Positions 10,940 to 23,712 of a DNA stretch of 64,000 bases are shown here, piece after piece. The DNA is taken from assembly GCA_026770705.1 (NCBI GenBank), contig JANJGN010000019.1, positions 92,132,001 through 92,196,000 on the forward strand, given 5' to 3'. The notes under the pieces are model-generated. The model was not told the origin of the DNA. It did no database searches and worked only from the letters and a program-made list of their open reading frames with translations. The translations under genes and the position numbers were made by a program. The DNA comes from Isurus oxyrinchus. Taxonomy: Eukaryota. The stretch's first letter is position 1. Each line of letters begins with the position of its first letter.

Positions 10940-11465
10940 CCATGCTGGGTCTTCACAGATCTCTAGCGCCTCCCACTCTCCCTGCATTTGTAAGCTGCGT
11001 GATGGCTTGAGGGCCACCTCCGACGCTTTCTCTCTCCCTCGTGTTCTGTGTTCTTCTTCTCCTGCGATGGGGAAGAGACCTGTGAGTGGGAGAAATGCAT
11101 GCACTTACCCAATGGATGGAGAGCATTTGCTGACGGTGACCGTGACGTTGCGTATGGGTAAGGGTGAGGGTGATGGACAATGTGAGGAAATGTTTAAACA
11201 GAGCGGGATGGGTGTGCCTGTACAGTAATCGGGTATGAGGGATGAGGTGCTGGAGTAGAGTTGAGTAGGCAGATTGAGGGGGGCTGTGGTGATGCACACA
11301 TCAGGTGAATGTGCCACTTCCCTCACTTTTCCAGCCCTGGTTAGTACATTAAACTGCTTCCTGCATTTGATTCAGGACCGTGGCGCTTTGCTCCTGCTGC
11401 TGACCTCTTCTGCCACCCCCAACCACCTCTTCTTGGTTTATCCAGCAAGCTTCCTCCTCCCATTT
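10940..11465 (-). mobile_element. Harbinger-type Myb/SANT-like (MSANTD/NAIF1-like) gene remnant
   Basis: WLGVAEEVSSRSKAPRS*IKCRKQFNVLTRAGK, then a gtgagg donor, an intron, an atcgcag acceptor (~11062) and NTRERESVGGGP. Confidence 0.65.
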
Positions 11466-11474
11466 TTAGGGAAT

Positions 11475-11878
11475 CTTCTTCTACTTCTTCTTCTTAGGCA
11501 GTCCCCTCGGGACTGTCTTTCACTCCGGGGCTGTGGGTCCTGAGGTGACTAAAAAGTCCGATGCTGGATCCGCATACTCTGCCACAGGTGGGGCAGGTAG
11601 TGTTTGATGCGGCGGGTGGGTGGGATGCCCAGATGCTCAGGAAGGGGGGAGGAGAGGGCGAGGAGGGCTGGAGGAGGGGAAGAATGAGGGGGTGGAGGGG
11701 AAGGAGGAAGCGAGATGGGGAAGGAGGAGGGGAAGAATGAGGGGGAAGGAGATGGGGAGGAGGAGGGGAGGGGGGTGAAGGGGATGGAGGAGGGGAGGAG
11801 GAATGGAGTGTTGCGGCGAGGAAGATAGAGTGTCCGTGCGATGACACAGCCTTGCTTGACCCCAATTTGCACTCATTT
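11475..11878 (-). mobile_element. Internally deleted RTE-clade LINE
   Basis: RT motif GVKQGCVIA-TL-SIFLAA (11805-11872), C-terminal CPTCGRVCGSSIGLFSHLRTH, and an (AAG)n tail at 11475-11495. Confidence 0.8.
11640..11805 (+). repeat. Polypurine (GGA/GGGA-rich) low-complexity tract
   Basis: Almost pure G/A run, directly visible. Confidence 0.9.
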
Positions 11879-13049
11879 TGAGTCTGTGGCAGATCATTGG
11901 CACGTTAAAATCCAGCCCAATATTTCTGGAAGTGAAAATGCAATCTTTGCACAGGCTCTCTTGGGAGACTGTCGAAGCAGTGGGCATTGATTCATTCCAA
12001 TGCAAATTAGACAGAATTTTTTCAAGAAAGAGCCATTTGGGATACAGTCTGTGTAATTTGAGACATGATGTAAATGTAGCGGGCTTGGGAGGAACAGGTG
12101 TCTCGGACACAGAGATTTTCCTTGTCATCTTGACCTGAAGGAGATTAATGGGTAGAGGTTACTGCTCAATTATCACTGTCTCATGCAACTACCAGAATAT
12201 TGCAAGGCAAAGACCTTGATCTTTGGTCTCTCAATTGCCATATTTCTAGGGAAGGTGCTCTATAAAATATAACTTCCTTTTTGGTCAAGTGGTCCTCAGT
12301 TTAATGTTTCACCTGACAAGCTGACCCTGAAATGAACTTGAGGTTAGTGAGTGGGGTCCAATTGCTTCTACCTATAATCCTGTATAAAATAATTTTATTA
12401 CATTTAACCTTATTCTGAATTTTACATAAGGGGACAGTGGAGACCGATTCTTAAGGACATTTGAGCTGTTAGCAAACCATCACAGATAGGATGGGAAGAT
12501 TGGTTTGCATTTTTTTTACAGCTTTGTATTTTCCCTGGTTGTTCTGAAGTACAGTGCAGATTAATATACAGAAAAAATGATTCTTACTGCTTTTGACTTT
12601 GTGCCCAGGAATGTGTAGGCATCCATTTCACTGTGATGGAAAACTTGGGGCCATAGTTCCACAGAACTGACAAGAGAAATGCATTTGAAACTGTGGTTAG
12701 AGGGAGGGAAGGTAATGATTTAAGATGGGGGCGGTCTGCTGGAAGTCGTTCCGGATCATTTAAGGTCTGACTGGTTGACCAAGAGCCCAGATCACAAAGT
12801 CCAACTGGCAAAGTGAGCTGTGCATTCAGCATCTGATGAGCGGCACAGAGGCCTGTTTTCCTACCCAGTTAAACACTGGCCGACTTATTGAATCATTGGT
12901 TGATTGAGCCAACAAGATGTGTGCCATAGACTCTACTTTCTGAAGTTGGCAGTGAGAGAAGTTTCAACCTCAAATGATGGGTGGGTTGGGACTTAAGGGG
13001 AAGGGGGTGGGGGGGGGGGGGTGCAGGGGGGAAGAAAAAATTCTAAAAA

Positions 13050-14100
13050 TATCAAACACCCAGAAACCTGTCTCCAAAATGGCCACTTCCAGGTGTAATG
13101 GGTGCACATCTGGCTAAGTGTGAGTAAGCTACTTGATGGCAGTGGCAGGATCGTAATAAGGAGACAATTTTCCAATGATTTGAATAGAGAATTGAACAGA
13201 GATAGAATCAAGCTGATCAGATCTTGCACTGACTGCTGAGATACTTTTGACCTATGACCCTGGGGCTTGGGAGACCCTGAGGGCTGTGCCAAGGACTGTA
13301 CCAACTGTACCTGTGCAGGGGCAGCTTCAGCCATCAGGAGAAAGGTAGCATGTTGAGTCCCGGCTTTAGAGAGGGGTGATGGACCAACAGGTGAGAAGCA
13401 GGAGCGCTTCCATGTCCCCCTTTGTAATCATCCCTCCACCTGGCCACATCTATTCTACCATGCTGCTGGAGAGCAGTTTGGTGAAGATTAGTGATGCTGT
13501 ACAATTCTCCTCCTCATCAGTATCTGTGTTCTTGGAGCAAAGCTTGGAGAGAACTGGTTACCCCTCAACATGGACTCTCCGCAGCTGTTCCCTGCCACAA
13601 CCACCTACTCGTACTCACTTATGAATGGTGAACCACCAAGTGAAAACCCAACCAACTGTCCACTGGTGTTCGGCTGTACCTCCTGTGACAGTGCACCCTC
13701 AGAAGGAATGAGGTTGTGTGAGGAATTGTCCTTCTTGCAACATTTGCTGTATGCGTGAAGGCATGTGGATAAGGTTTGGTCGTGGCAAAGTCACAATCTT
13801 GACAACTGCCATGCTCAGTCTCCTCAAAGTTCTGTAAGCGATGAAATACAATCAGCATATATGTCAGAAAAAGTTGTAATTCTGTTACCAGGTATCTCTG
13901 AGCTCCCAGTCTTTCCACCTCCCGTTGACAGGGATGCAAATGAGCCACTTACCTCCATGGCCTCCTCCTCTGCATCTGTTAGCGACAGAATTTGTGATGG
14001 TCCAAATCTAATCATTTTTCTTTCCTTTGAGATTTGTGCCCTCTTCGCTTACAAGGGCCGAAAAACAGATCTGTGAGTGTAGGTGAGGTATTTATTAGAT
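13050..14100 (-). mobile_element. Harbinger-type Myb/SANT-associated gene remnant (downstream exons)
   Basis: AKRAQISKERKMIRFGPSQILSLTDAEEEAMEVSG (~13950-14050) resembles the KxAHNxRExxxTGGGP..LTxxEExA motif that follows the Myb/SANT domain. Confidence 0.5.
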
Positions 14101-14629
14101 GGATGCAGTGTATTTGGTCCAGGTGACCATTTGACCGATGCATTACGATAGGGGTGTATGGATACATCAGCTTAGGATCAAACGGGATGCCAAGACTGCA
14201 GTCTGGTTTTGCTTGAGAGAGTGGCCAAGGAGAGGAGTGGGCTGAGTGGTTGGGGAACGGAGCGTGTGGAAGCCAACAGCTTAAGACAAAGAAGCATTAA
14301 ATGTGACACTAAGGAAGCAACTGCTGATCTGACAGGGAGGTGACCATTCAAAGGTACTCTTGGGGCTGAGGGCTATCCTGAAACCTGAAGTGGTTGGAGG
14401 CTACATGGCCACATCAAACTAATGGTGTGTGGCTCGTTGCTTGGATCTAGTCACTTATGTGAATGAGCAACTAACAGTAGACAAACATAAGATGAAGTAA
14501 AACTAGAGCCTACGTACCTGCATCTGATAGTCAACTAGATTTGAGCCTGGAATTCACTCCCAGGTATCCACTATTTTATATATAACTCACCTAAACCCCT
14601 CAGTTAGATCCTAGCCTATAGCTCACTAT

Positions 14630-17120
14630 TTTTCCTTTGTTCATGGGACGTGGGCATTGCTGCCAAGGCCAGTATTTATTGCCCATCCCTAATTGCCCTT
14701 GACAGGGTGGTGATGAGCTGCTTTGTTGAACTGCTGGAATCCATGTGGTGAAGTTACTCCGACATTCTTGTTAAGTAGAATGTTCCAGGATTTTGACCCA
14801 GCAACGACAAAGGAATGGTGATAGGTTTCCAAGTCAGACTAAGTGAGGTATTTTTTAAGGGGAACTTTCAGGTGGCAGTACTCCCTTGCACCTGCTGCCC
14901 GTATCCTTCTAAGCAGTGAATGTTGCGGTCTGAGGAGGTGCAAAGAAGCCTTGGAGAGTTCCTTGCAGTACATCTTGTAGATCGGACACATTACAGTCAG
15001 TGTGCATCGTGGTTGAAGGGGTTTAAGGTGGTGGATAGGTGCCAATCAAACTAACTACTTTGTCCTGTTGAGTTTCTCAGGTGTTATTAGAGTTACACTC
15101 ATCCAGGCAAGTGGAGAGTATTCCATCGCAATCCTGACTCAGGATGTGGACAGGTTTTAGGGAGTCAAGAGGTGAATCACACACCACCAAGTGCCTAGCC
15201 TTTGGCCTGGTCTTGTAGCCACAGTATTTCTGTAGTTGGTCCAGCTAGGTATCTTGCCAATGGTGACCCCCAGGATGTTAATAATTGGGGATCTGATGAT
15301 GGTCATCCTCTTGAATTCAAATGGAGATGGTTAGGCTCACTCTTTTTGGAGATGGTCATCGCCTAGCACATGTGCAGCGTGAATATTACTTGCCGCTCAT
15401 CAGCCCAAGCCTGAATGTTGCCAAGATCTTTCTGCATGTGGGCACTGACTGCTTTATTATGTGAGGAGTTATGAATGGAACAGAAGATTGTGGAATCATA
15501 GCGAGCATCCCCACTTCCTGCTTTATGATGGAGGGAAGGACATTGACAAAGCAGCTGAAGATGGTTGGGCCTAGGACACTATCCTGAGGATCTTTGCCAG
15601 CAGTGTCCTGGGGCTGAGATGATTGGTCTCCAACCACCACTATCAGCTTCCTTTGTGCTAAATACTGAGAGTGGAGACTTTGCCCCTTGAGTCACTTTGG
15701 CTTCAATTTCATTATAGAGTTTTTCTCTTGATTTCCATTTTCTTCATTTTTACTTGTCAAAGGCTGCTTTGATATCAAGGGCTGTCACTCTTACTTTACC
15801 TCTGGAATTCCACTATTTTGACCATGTTTGGACCAAGGCCGTAATGAGTTCTGGAGGTGGGTTCTTTGGCGGAACCCAAACTGAGCATGGTCGACAACAC
15901 CTTCCATCACTTTGCTGATGATTGGGAATGGGCTGATAGAGCGTTAATTGGCTGGACTGGATTTGTTCTGTATTTTCAGACAGGACCTATCTGGGAAATT
16001 TTCAAATTTGTCAGGTAGATGCCAGTGCTGTAGTTATATTGGAACAGCTTGGCTAGAGATGTGGTTATTTCTGGAGCACAAGTCTACAGTGCTGTAGCCG
16101 GGATGTTGTCAGAGCCCTTAGACTTTTGCCTTCAGCCATTTCTGAATATCACATAAAGTGAACTGAATTGTAAACAGCTCAGTCTTATCGTTTGCACTGA
16201 TGTGCTGGGCTCCTTCATCTTTGAGGATGGGGATATTTAGAACCATAAAAAAGTAACAACACAGAAGGAGGCCATTCAGCCTATCTTGTCCATGCCAGCC
16301 CGAGGACACCCAGGTGCCCTTTCTAATCCCACCTTCCAGCACCCGGCCCATAGCTCTACAGTTTCTAGCACTTGAGGTGCAGATCCAGGTACTTTTTAAA
16401 AGAGTTTGGAGTTTCTGCCTTTACCACCAACTTGGGCAGCGAATTCCAGACACCCAATACCCTCTGCATAAAAAAGTTCTTCCTCATGGCCCCCGCTACA
16501 TTTGTGGAGTCTCCTCCTCCTCCAGCTAGTTGCTCACTTGTCCACCATCATTCATGGCAAACTGCAGAACTTTGATCTCATCCATTGGTTGTGAGGTCAC
16601 TTAGCTCTCTATCTCATGTTGCTTTTTCTGTTTAGCATGCATGTAGTCCGGTGTTGTAGGTTCACCACATTGGTACCTTATTTTTAGGTATGCCTGGTGC
16701 TCCCCATCGCATGCTCTCCTGCACTCCTTATTGAACTAGGGTTTACTCCTGGCTTGAAGGCAATGGTAGAGTGAGGGATAGGCCAGGCCATGAGGTTACA
16801 GATTGCAGTGGAATACAACCCTGCTGCTGCTGCTAATAACCAGCATCACTTCTTGCCATCCCAGTTTTGAGCTGCTCGATCTCTTCTGACTTAATTCCAT
16901 TTAGTATGGTGTTAGTGCCACACAACATGATGGAAGAAGCCCAAGTGTGAAGATAGGACTTCATCTCCACCAGGGCTGTGCACTCATTCCTATCAACTCT
17001 GTCATGGACAGATGCATCATGACTTTATTGCATAGGTTTTTCTCTCATGTTAGTTCTTCCAGTTTGTCAGCAACTCCCTTTAGGACTTGACCAGCTCAAT
17101 CAAGAGTGCTGCTTTTGACC
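14630..17120 (-). mobile_element. Decayed CR1/L2-group LINE
   Basis: PQDSVLGPTIFSCFVN-LPSII (ORF 15386-15640). Same family as 24445-25465. Interrupted at ~16240-16490. Confidence 0.85.
16240..16490 (-). mobile_element. CR1 3' fragment nested in the older LINE
   Basis: CR1 3' end: aactttttatgcagagggtattgggtgtctggaattcgctgccc on the minus strand and a ggctgaatggcctccttctgtg tail. Confidence 0.75.
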
Positions 17121-17124
17121 CACT

Positions 17125-17595
17125 CTCAGTCCCTCCCAGTTATTCTACTTATAAACCATCTCAACACTTTGATTAAATTCCAATCTGCAACTTGCTCTCA
17201 GCATTACATTATTCTGCATATAAAGCACATGAAATCCTCGATTGGATATTCTTGTCTGAAACTCATTGTCAGGTATCCATAACTCTGTACATAAAGCATT
17301 TGACCCCTCAATTAGATTCCAGCCTGTCACTCATTCCCAGATATCCATTATTCTATATATAAACCACCTGAACTCCTGGAATAGATACCAGCCTGTAACT
17401 CACTCCCGGTTAAACATTATTCGATATATAACTCATCCAAACTCTTCAATTAGATTCTAGCCTGTAACTCACTCCCGAATATACATTAATTCAAACATAA
17501 ATGATCCGTATACCTTGATTAGATTCCAGCCTGTAACTCACTCCTGGTTATCCATTATCCTACATATAAACCAACTGGTGCCCTCACTTAGATTG
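17125..17595. repeat. 69-bp minisatellite, ~7 degenerate copies
   Basis: attagattccagcctgtaactcactcc...attctatatataaacca recurs at 17172, 17241, 17311, 17380, 17449, 17518 and 17587. Confidence 0.9.
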
Positions 17596-18214
17596 ATTCA
17601 CTTTTGGATGTCCAATATAAATCCCATTAAAAAGTAGGGCACTTTAAACAGAGTGTTTAGCAACAGCTACAATGTTCCAGAGAAGCCAGCTGCTCCCCAT
17701 CTTTACTTGGCAAGAACTTCTCTCAAAACCACCAATGATTCATTGCTTTCACCTGCTGCATTGGACTCTGTCCAACCCCATCGGACTGAAGTGCCTCGTA
17801 ATGATTTAAAGTAATCTTTGATTAATAAACTTGCTGAATATACAGAACACTCTGCAGGGGTGCAGGGAGGGTTGGAAATGAATGATGAACTGTTTTTTTG
17901 GAAAGAAATATTTCTTTTTATGCTATTAATTCATCGCTCATGTAACTGAAGAAGCGTCTTGGCTTTCCTTTAGTTACTCGAAACCTATTTCCCTTAGGAA
18001 GCCTCTCTCATCAAACTCAACTAAACTGACTTAGGAGTTAGCACTGCTGCTGCCTGCAACACACCATCCAAAATTTAGTTAGAGGGCTTAAGATCCTTGT
18101 TGGCACCTCCCTGCAAGTAGGAGTTGCATATTCAGTGCCAGCCAAAAGAGATGAAATGAATCAACATTCTCCCCAATTGCATGCTATTGCAAGAGGTCGC
18201 CAAGGGTTACAATC

Positions 18215-18570
18215 CCTTGAACATGTTCCATTAAAACTTAAATAAATAAGCTGTAGAAACAGAGCCTTGGTCAGATCCCCATCTGGAGTACTCCATTCAG
18301 TTTTGGATACATAGGTCTTGGAAAGGGTGCAATACAGATTCACCAGAATGTTTCTGGGCTTTTAATGGCTCAAATATGATTTCATGTTATGTAGACTCGG
18401 GTTGTATTCCTTGAGTATAGAAGATTAAGGGGTGATCTAATTGCGGTGCTTAAGATGATCAATAGAGCCGATGGGTAGATAGAGAGGAGTTATTTCCTCA
18501 GGTGAGGGAGTCCAGAACAAGGAGGTAAAACTTTAAAATTAGAGCTAGCTTTTAGTAGTGAAATCAAGAA
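18215..18570 (+). mobile_element. Old CR1 fragment
   Basis: Decayed YRALVR-HLEY and RRLRGDLI-V-KMI motifs. Confidence 0.7.
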
Positions 18571-18884
18571 TGTTCTTGCTCTTGGCTCCAGGGATACCAC
18601 AGGGGACCTTCTGCTGACCTGGGCTTGCTCATCTCCGCCCCTCCCAGTGCCTACCATTGTACTTCTGCCGTTGAACCTGCCTGTCAACATTCCTCAGGCC
18701 CGAATGCCTCAAAATGGCATCTGAAAGGGCACCCAAAAGTCAAATTGTATTCAAGTTGGGTTGTGGTGAGCAGAGGAGGGAAAATGAAAGGGAACACGAG
18801 TGAAAAGTGTGGAATGTGACTACATGATAAAGAGTGAATTGAGGTAGAAGAGGAATCAATCAACAATTGTTATGACTCAGAATT

Positions 18885-19219
18885 GGGGTTGACAACTATG
18901 GTTGGATATATTGCTGCAAGTTTCATCACATGACCTGATGCTGCCAATGCTATGCCCTGTAATCCTGCCATTGGTTGCCTGATACATCAATCCCTATGGT
19001 GCCCCGCCTTTCCATGCCAATTCCTTACCTGATTGGCTATAAAGCAGCTTTTTTTCCCTATAAATAATAATCAAAAAGTTTCAAAGAAAAGTTTCAGTCA
19101 ATTTCTTTTATTGCCCTTTTGATATTTTTTTCTTGGGTTTGCTCACAATGGGATCCTGGAAATTATCCTTCGATTTCTGGAGACTCCAGGACAACCCTGG
19201 ACGGAACTGGCAACCCTCA
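18885..19219. mobile_element. hAT-like MITE (GGGTTGCCA-type TIR)
   Basis: Ends gggttgacaac / ctggcaaccc. Related inverted copy at 32447-32770. No TSD recognisable. Confidence 0.55.
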
Positions 19220-20049
19220 TGTAGAGTGTCAGTGTGGGTTTGTGTTTGCAGTGTTCAATGATACAGTCTCTAGCATCATACATTTTATGAGCGGGAAGTA
19301 CTTTTTTTAAAAAAAGAAAAAAAAATAAGGTCACTAATCTATAGACAATGCAGGTCCTTTTCCTCTTTGTTCCAGAGAAAGTGGGGACTCTGAGGCCTAG
19401 TCGCAAAGGGAAGCCTTTCCCACCATTGTTCATGAGGAAAAAACAGGAAACGATAGCCGGCTCCCTGAACACCGAAGGCTCCCAAACAGACACAAAACAA
19501 CAACACCTTCACTGAACGATCAGGCAGACAGCAACACACATAGATTCCAGGAGACTATTCCTAGAAAGCTTATTTACGTAAGGAAGCCTGCCCAAAAAGC
19601 TCCAGTGCTAAAAACATCCCTTGGGATCCTGGAAAGCAGGATCAAAGCAATGGCAACCAGCCTTCAGCAAAATTAATGGCCTGATCAAATCAGAGCATTT
19701 TTTTTATAAAGTGCATGCGTCAGGCTCAATAGAAACTACCTGTAACTAGGCTTCCTTGAATACTGTAGACAATACAAATATCCTAAATCCTATTCGGAAG
19801 TGAGGTGCTAACAGGGGCCAATACTGGCAAAAGAACCAACAGAGGAGATTTTATTTTACACAGAGAGTTGTAATCTGGGATACGCTGTCCGAAAATGTGG
19901 CGAAAACTGATCCAATTGGGACTTTCAAAAGGGCATTGGATATGTTAGTGTAAAGGGGAACATTCGCTGACTATCCCTTCAAGGCCCTATATTTATACAG
20001 GTGAGCTGCTGATGCCCGGAGTAATTATATGTATTCAGCAGCAAGCTAG

Positions 20050-21262
20050 AACAGGAATCATTTTGACTTTGGGCAGTAGTTTTTTTTACAGCCCTGTTGG
20101 CGTCATGTATGAGTGGACAACATGGCAAGACAGCCAAAAATTGGTTTCAAGCCGTTGTGAGACCAGTTTGCGATTTTTTTGCTCCATCCTTCAATGGTGG
20201 GCCGTGTTTCCCATGCATGTGGGGAACCTAATTTCAATACTTTAGCATCTCATTATAAGCCCTGCTCGCCGGAATCACCCCCCACACTGGACCTGGTGGG
20301 CTGCACTTCGCTCGGAGCTTCAAAGTTTGTTTGCCCACCTACATGGTCATCAGCGCCAGGCTTCGCAGGCAGCACTACATCACTTTTAGGGTTGCTCTAC
20401 CTACCAGAGTAGCCGTAAGGTGGGGGTGGCTTTTCAATGGCTGCAGGGCTAGGGCTTGCATGGGGAAAGGGGAGAAATGGCCTCAGGCAAGGGAAGAGGC
20501 TGCAGGGTGAGGGCTGTACTGAGGAAGGAGGGTAACTCAGGTGTGTGTACGGGGACACATGTTGATCTGTGCAAGTTGCCCCAAGAGGGTGAGAAATGAG
20601 AAGGCAGTCTCCAGAGGAAATGAGGCCAGATGGAGATGTGAAGGTGTGTGTGGGAGAGTGAGTGGTGATGTCCCTTGAGCTGGTGGTGAGTGAGATGCCA
20701 GTGAATGTGTGATGGCCTTTTGAGTGTGTGAGTAGAGTGATGAGATGGTTGCCTTACCCTGGCGGCACGGATGAGATCATTTATCTGTTTTCTGCACTGG
20801 GTGGCTGACCTCTTGGGTGCAGCATTGGCACTGACCACCACTGCCACTGCCTCCCCAAGCCAGAGTGGTGAGACTGATGGGCCTCCTGCGGCCAGAGCGG
20901 GTGTAGAGGGCATTGCGGTGGGCCTCCACGGCATCCCAGGGAGGCGTCACTGAATCGGGGGGGGCTGCACTCTTCATGGCTTTTGGGGCCCATGTCTTCA
21001 ACAGTGCCCTCCTGAGCTGCAAGCATTGAGATGTGTGCGCGCGGCTGCACTTTAAACATGGTGCCCTGTGTGAGGAAGTGGTGAGGTAATGGTGTGGCAG
21101 GCAAATCGGAGGCCACCCGCCAGTGAGACAATTGTGGCTGCACAATTAACGAGGCGGGAATGGGATGATACGGCACGAAAACCCGCCATTGCGGCTGGCG
21201 GGTAAAATAACTTCTTTCCCACCCACTACGGCACTTTCCGCAAATCTGGGATGATTCCGCCC
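20050..21262 (-). mobile_element. Harbinger-derived element with a Myb/SANT-like DNA-binding exon
   Basis: PRFSDASL...W-EAVAVVVSANAAPKRSATQCRKQINDLIRAAR followed by a gtaagg donor (~20757). Frameshifted. Right end ..gatgattccgccc resembles a Harbinger-type TIR. Confidence 0.7.
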
Positions 21263-21309
21263 TGAGCTTTCCAACCCTCCAGGATTGTCCTGGAACATCC
21301 AGGGGGAAA

Positions 21310-21735
21310 AAAAAGACTTGCATTTATCTAGCACCTTTTATGACCGGATGTCCCCAAAAAGCTTTACTTTTAAAGTGTAGTCACTGTTGCAATGTAGGGA
21401 ACGCAGTAGCTAATTTGTACATGGCAAGCCCTCCCCCGAACAGCGATGTGATAATGATGAGATCATCTGTTTTTGCGATGTTTATTGAGGGATAATTATT
21501 GGCCAGCACACCAGGGAGAACTCCCCTGCTCCTCTTCAAAATAGCGCCATGGGATCTTTTACACCCATCTGAGAGAGCAGGCAGGGCCTCAGTTTCAACA
21601 TCGACACCTCCAACAATGCAGTGCTCCCCCAGATGGTCAGTCTTGACTTTTGCACTCTCAGCCTGGAGTGGAATTTGAACCCCAGAGTTGTCTGGCTCAG
21701 AAATGAGAGAGCTACCCACTGAGCCGCAGCTGACA
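21310..21735 (-). mobile_element. Deu-domain SINE
   Basis: Head gctgcggctcagtgggtagc..ggttcaaattcc and core ctctcagatgggtgtaaaagatcccatggcgctatt. Confidence 0.8.
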
Positions 21736-22239
21736 AACAATAAAAGGGCTTCAAGATGCTGCTGAAAAAAAAAATCATCTGGACATTTCAAAAGATATAT
21801 GTTTTTTTGAAAAATATTTTAGTCAGAAAAATCATATTGGAGAGGGGAAGAAGGAGGGCTGTTTGACTGAAATTGAGAATCATCCAGTAGAATGATGAAG
21901 AGCTGTTTGCGTTTCAGTTGGGTGTTGGGAAGCGCATGGGCACCGCAAGTATTGGCATGTTGGTCAACCAATAGTGGGAGCATGGGGCACTGCGAGACAG
22001 GAGGTCATGTGGCAATGCTAAGTGCAACGGGGGCTTTATCAGGTCGCTTGTCTGTATTACATCTCTCCTGTCGACTTCAGTATAAATTAGACATGCGATT
22101 GTTGGGCAATGGGCAGCTGATTCCACCTCCCCTTTTGTGCTGTCGCCCAAAGTTAGAATTACCCTAAATGAGTTTCAAACGTTTGTGTGGATGCCAAACA
22201 CAGCAGCCTTTCCCTTATAATGCCATGAATGAACCACTA

Positions 22240-22705
22240 GCTGTGGCTCAGTGGGTGGCACTTGCCTTGAGACAGACTGGCAAGGGTTCAAGTCCCAATC
22301 CGGACACTTTGCCATCAAATCTAGACCAACACCTGCAGTGAGGTACTGATGGAATGCTACACAGTCAGAAGGTGTCACCTTTTGGATGAGGTGTTAAACT
22401 AAGGCCCCATTTGTCCTCTCGGGGCGATGGTGAAAGATCCGGCAACACTATTTCAAAGAAGAGCAGCGGGGAGTTCTCCCCGTTGTGACTCCATCAACAT
22501 TTAACCTTCAACCAATAATGCTAACACACAGATTATCTGGTCATTGTCACGCTACTTTTCTGTGGGATCTTGCTGTGCGTAAATTGGCTGTCATGTATTG
22601 TACATGACGACAGTGACTATATTTTTTAAAACAATACTTAATCGGCTGTAGGTAGCTTCAGGGCATCCAGAGGTTGTGAAAGGCATGACATAAATGCAAG
22701 CCTTT
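22240..22705 (+). mobile_element. Deu-domain SINE
   Basis: Full-length copy, inverted relative to 21310-21735. Confidence 0.8.
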
Positions 22706-23085
22706 CATTCTTCTGTAATGTCTTTCCTCACTTCCCCACCACTACACCCCACCCCGGCCACCACCAACTTAATGCCTAAAGTAAATTTGGAGCAGCTCAT
22801 CTCGTGTATAAATCTAATATGAATGGGATCGCGAAATGAAGACATGCCTGCCTTCCACCTTCTGGTTCCACAAGGCCTCCCTTTGCAGCCACGGCTTCCA
22901 GCGACAGCAGGTCTGTTCTCATGTCCACATCGGGATTCTGGCCACAGGGAAAGCAAATTCCTTTGAACCAGGAACCACACATATGCCCATGTCGGCCACC
23001 TCTTTGTCATCATGTGGGTCAGAGGCAGCCTGCGGCTACATTGAGCACAACAATTGAAATCAAACAGGATTGCTAATGAACAGAG

Positions 23086-23295
23086 ATAAAAACAAAAAAA
23101 CTGCAGATGCTGGAAATCCAAAACAAAAACAGAATTACCTGGAAAAACTCAGCAGGTCCGGCAGCATCAGCGGAGAAGAAAAGAGTTGACATTTCGAGTC
23201 CTCATGAGTCATGAGGACTCGAAACGTCAACTCTTTTCTTCTCCGCTGATGCTGCCGGACCTGCTGAGTTTTTCCAGGTAATTCTGTTTTTGTTT
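23086..23295. mobile_element. Palindromic Penelope-derived mini-insertion
   Basis: Near-perfect hairpin of PLE termini with apex at ~23207. TSD TTGCTAATGAACAGAG (23070-23085, 23295-23310). Confidence 0.9.
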
Positions 23296-23534
23296 TGCTA
23301 ATGAACAGAGCTGGCTGTGAGTATTGTTGGTGGCCAGGAGTCTTTCCAAAGTGAGTAGCACTTGGGAGTGCCTGGCATTGGTACCAACCCTCCTGTGAGT
23401 CTCCCAGGAATCGACAGTTGCTGCCCTGTGCATTAGTCCAAAAGCTGGGGCCTGTACCCACGACTGTGCAGCAGTCCCTCAGTCCTGTGATGGAGTGCAA
23501 TCTTGGATTATGGCTTATTCCCTGATTTAAAAAG

Positions 23535-23712
23535 AAAAGCTTGTACTTATGAAGTGCCCTTTCTACACTCAGGGTGTTCCAAAGCCAAAGCAGTATTTTT
23601 GTTATGTTGGAAACGCAGCAGCCAATTTGCACACAGCAAGCTCCCACAAACAGCAATGTGTTAATGACAAGATAATAGGTTTTTTTATAGTGATATTGGC
23701 AAAGGGATAAAC
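23535..23712 (-). mobile_element. Partial Deu-domain SINE (3' half)
   Basis: gcagccaatttgcacacagcaagctcccacaaacagcaatgtg block shared with the copies at 3880 and 21310. Confidence 0.7.

Noticed and set aside
11494-11640. C2H2 zinc-finger gene (CPTCGRVC..HLRTH)
   Set aside because: It is the terminal motif of an RTE LINE, followed by its (AAG)n tail.
22240-22310. tRNA genes (also ~2680, ~10880, ~21680, ~23970)
   Set aside because: The A/B boxes belong to SINE heads, and no complete cloverleaf is present.
22780-23060. GC-balanced unique segment with ORFs on both strands (also 28220-28670 and 33100-33500)
   Set aside because: No recognisable protein motif and no convincing splice pair, so a gene call cannot be supported.
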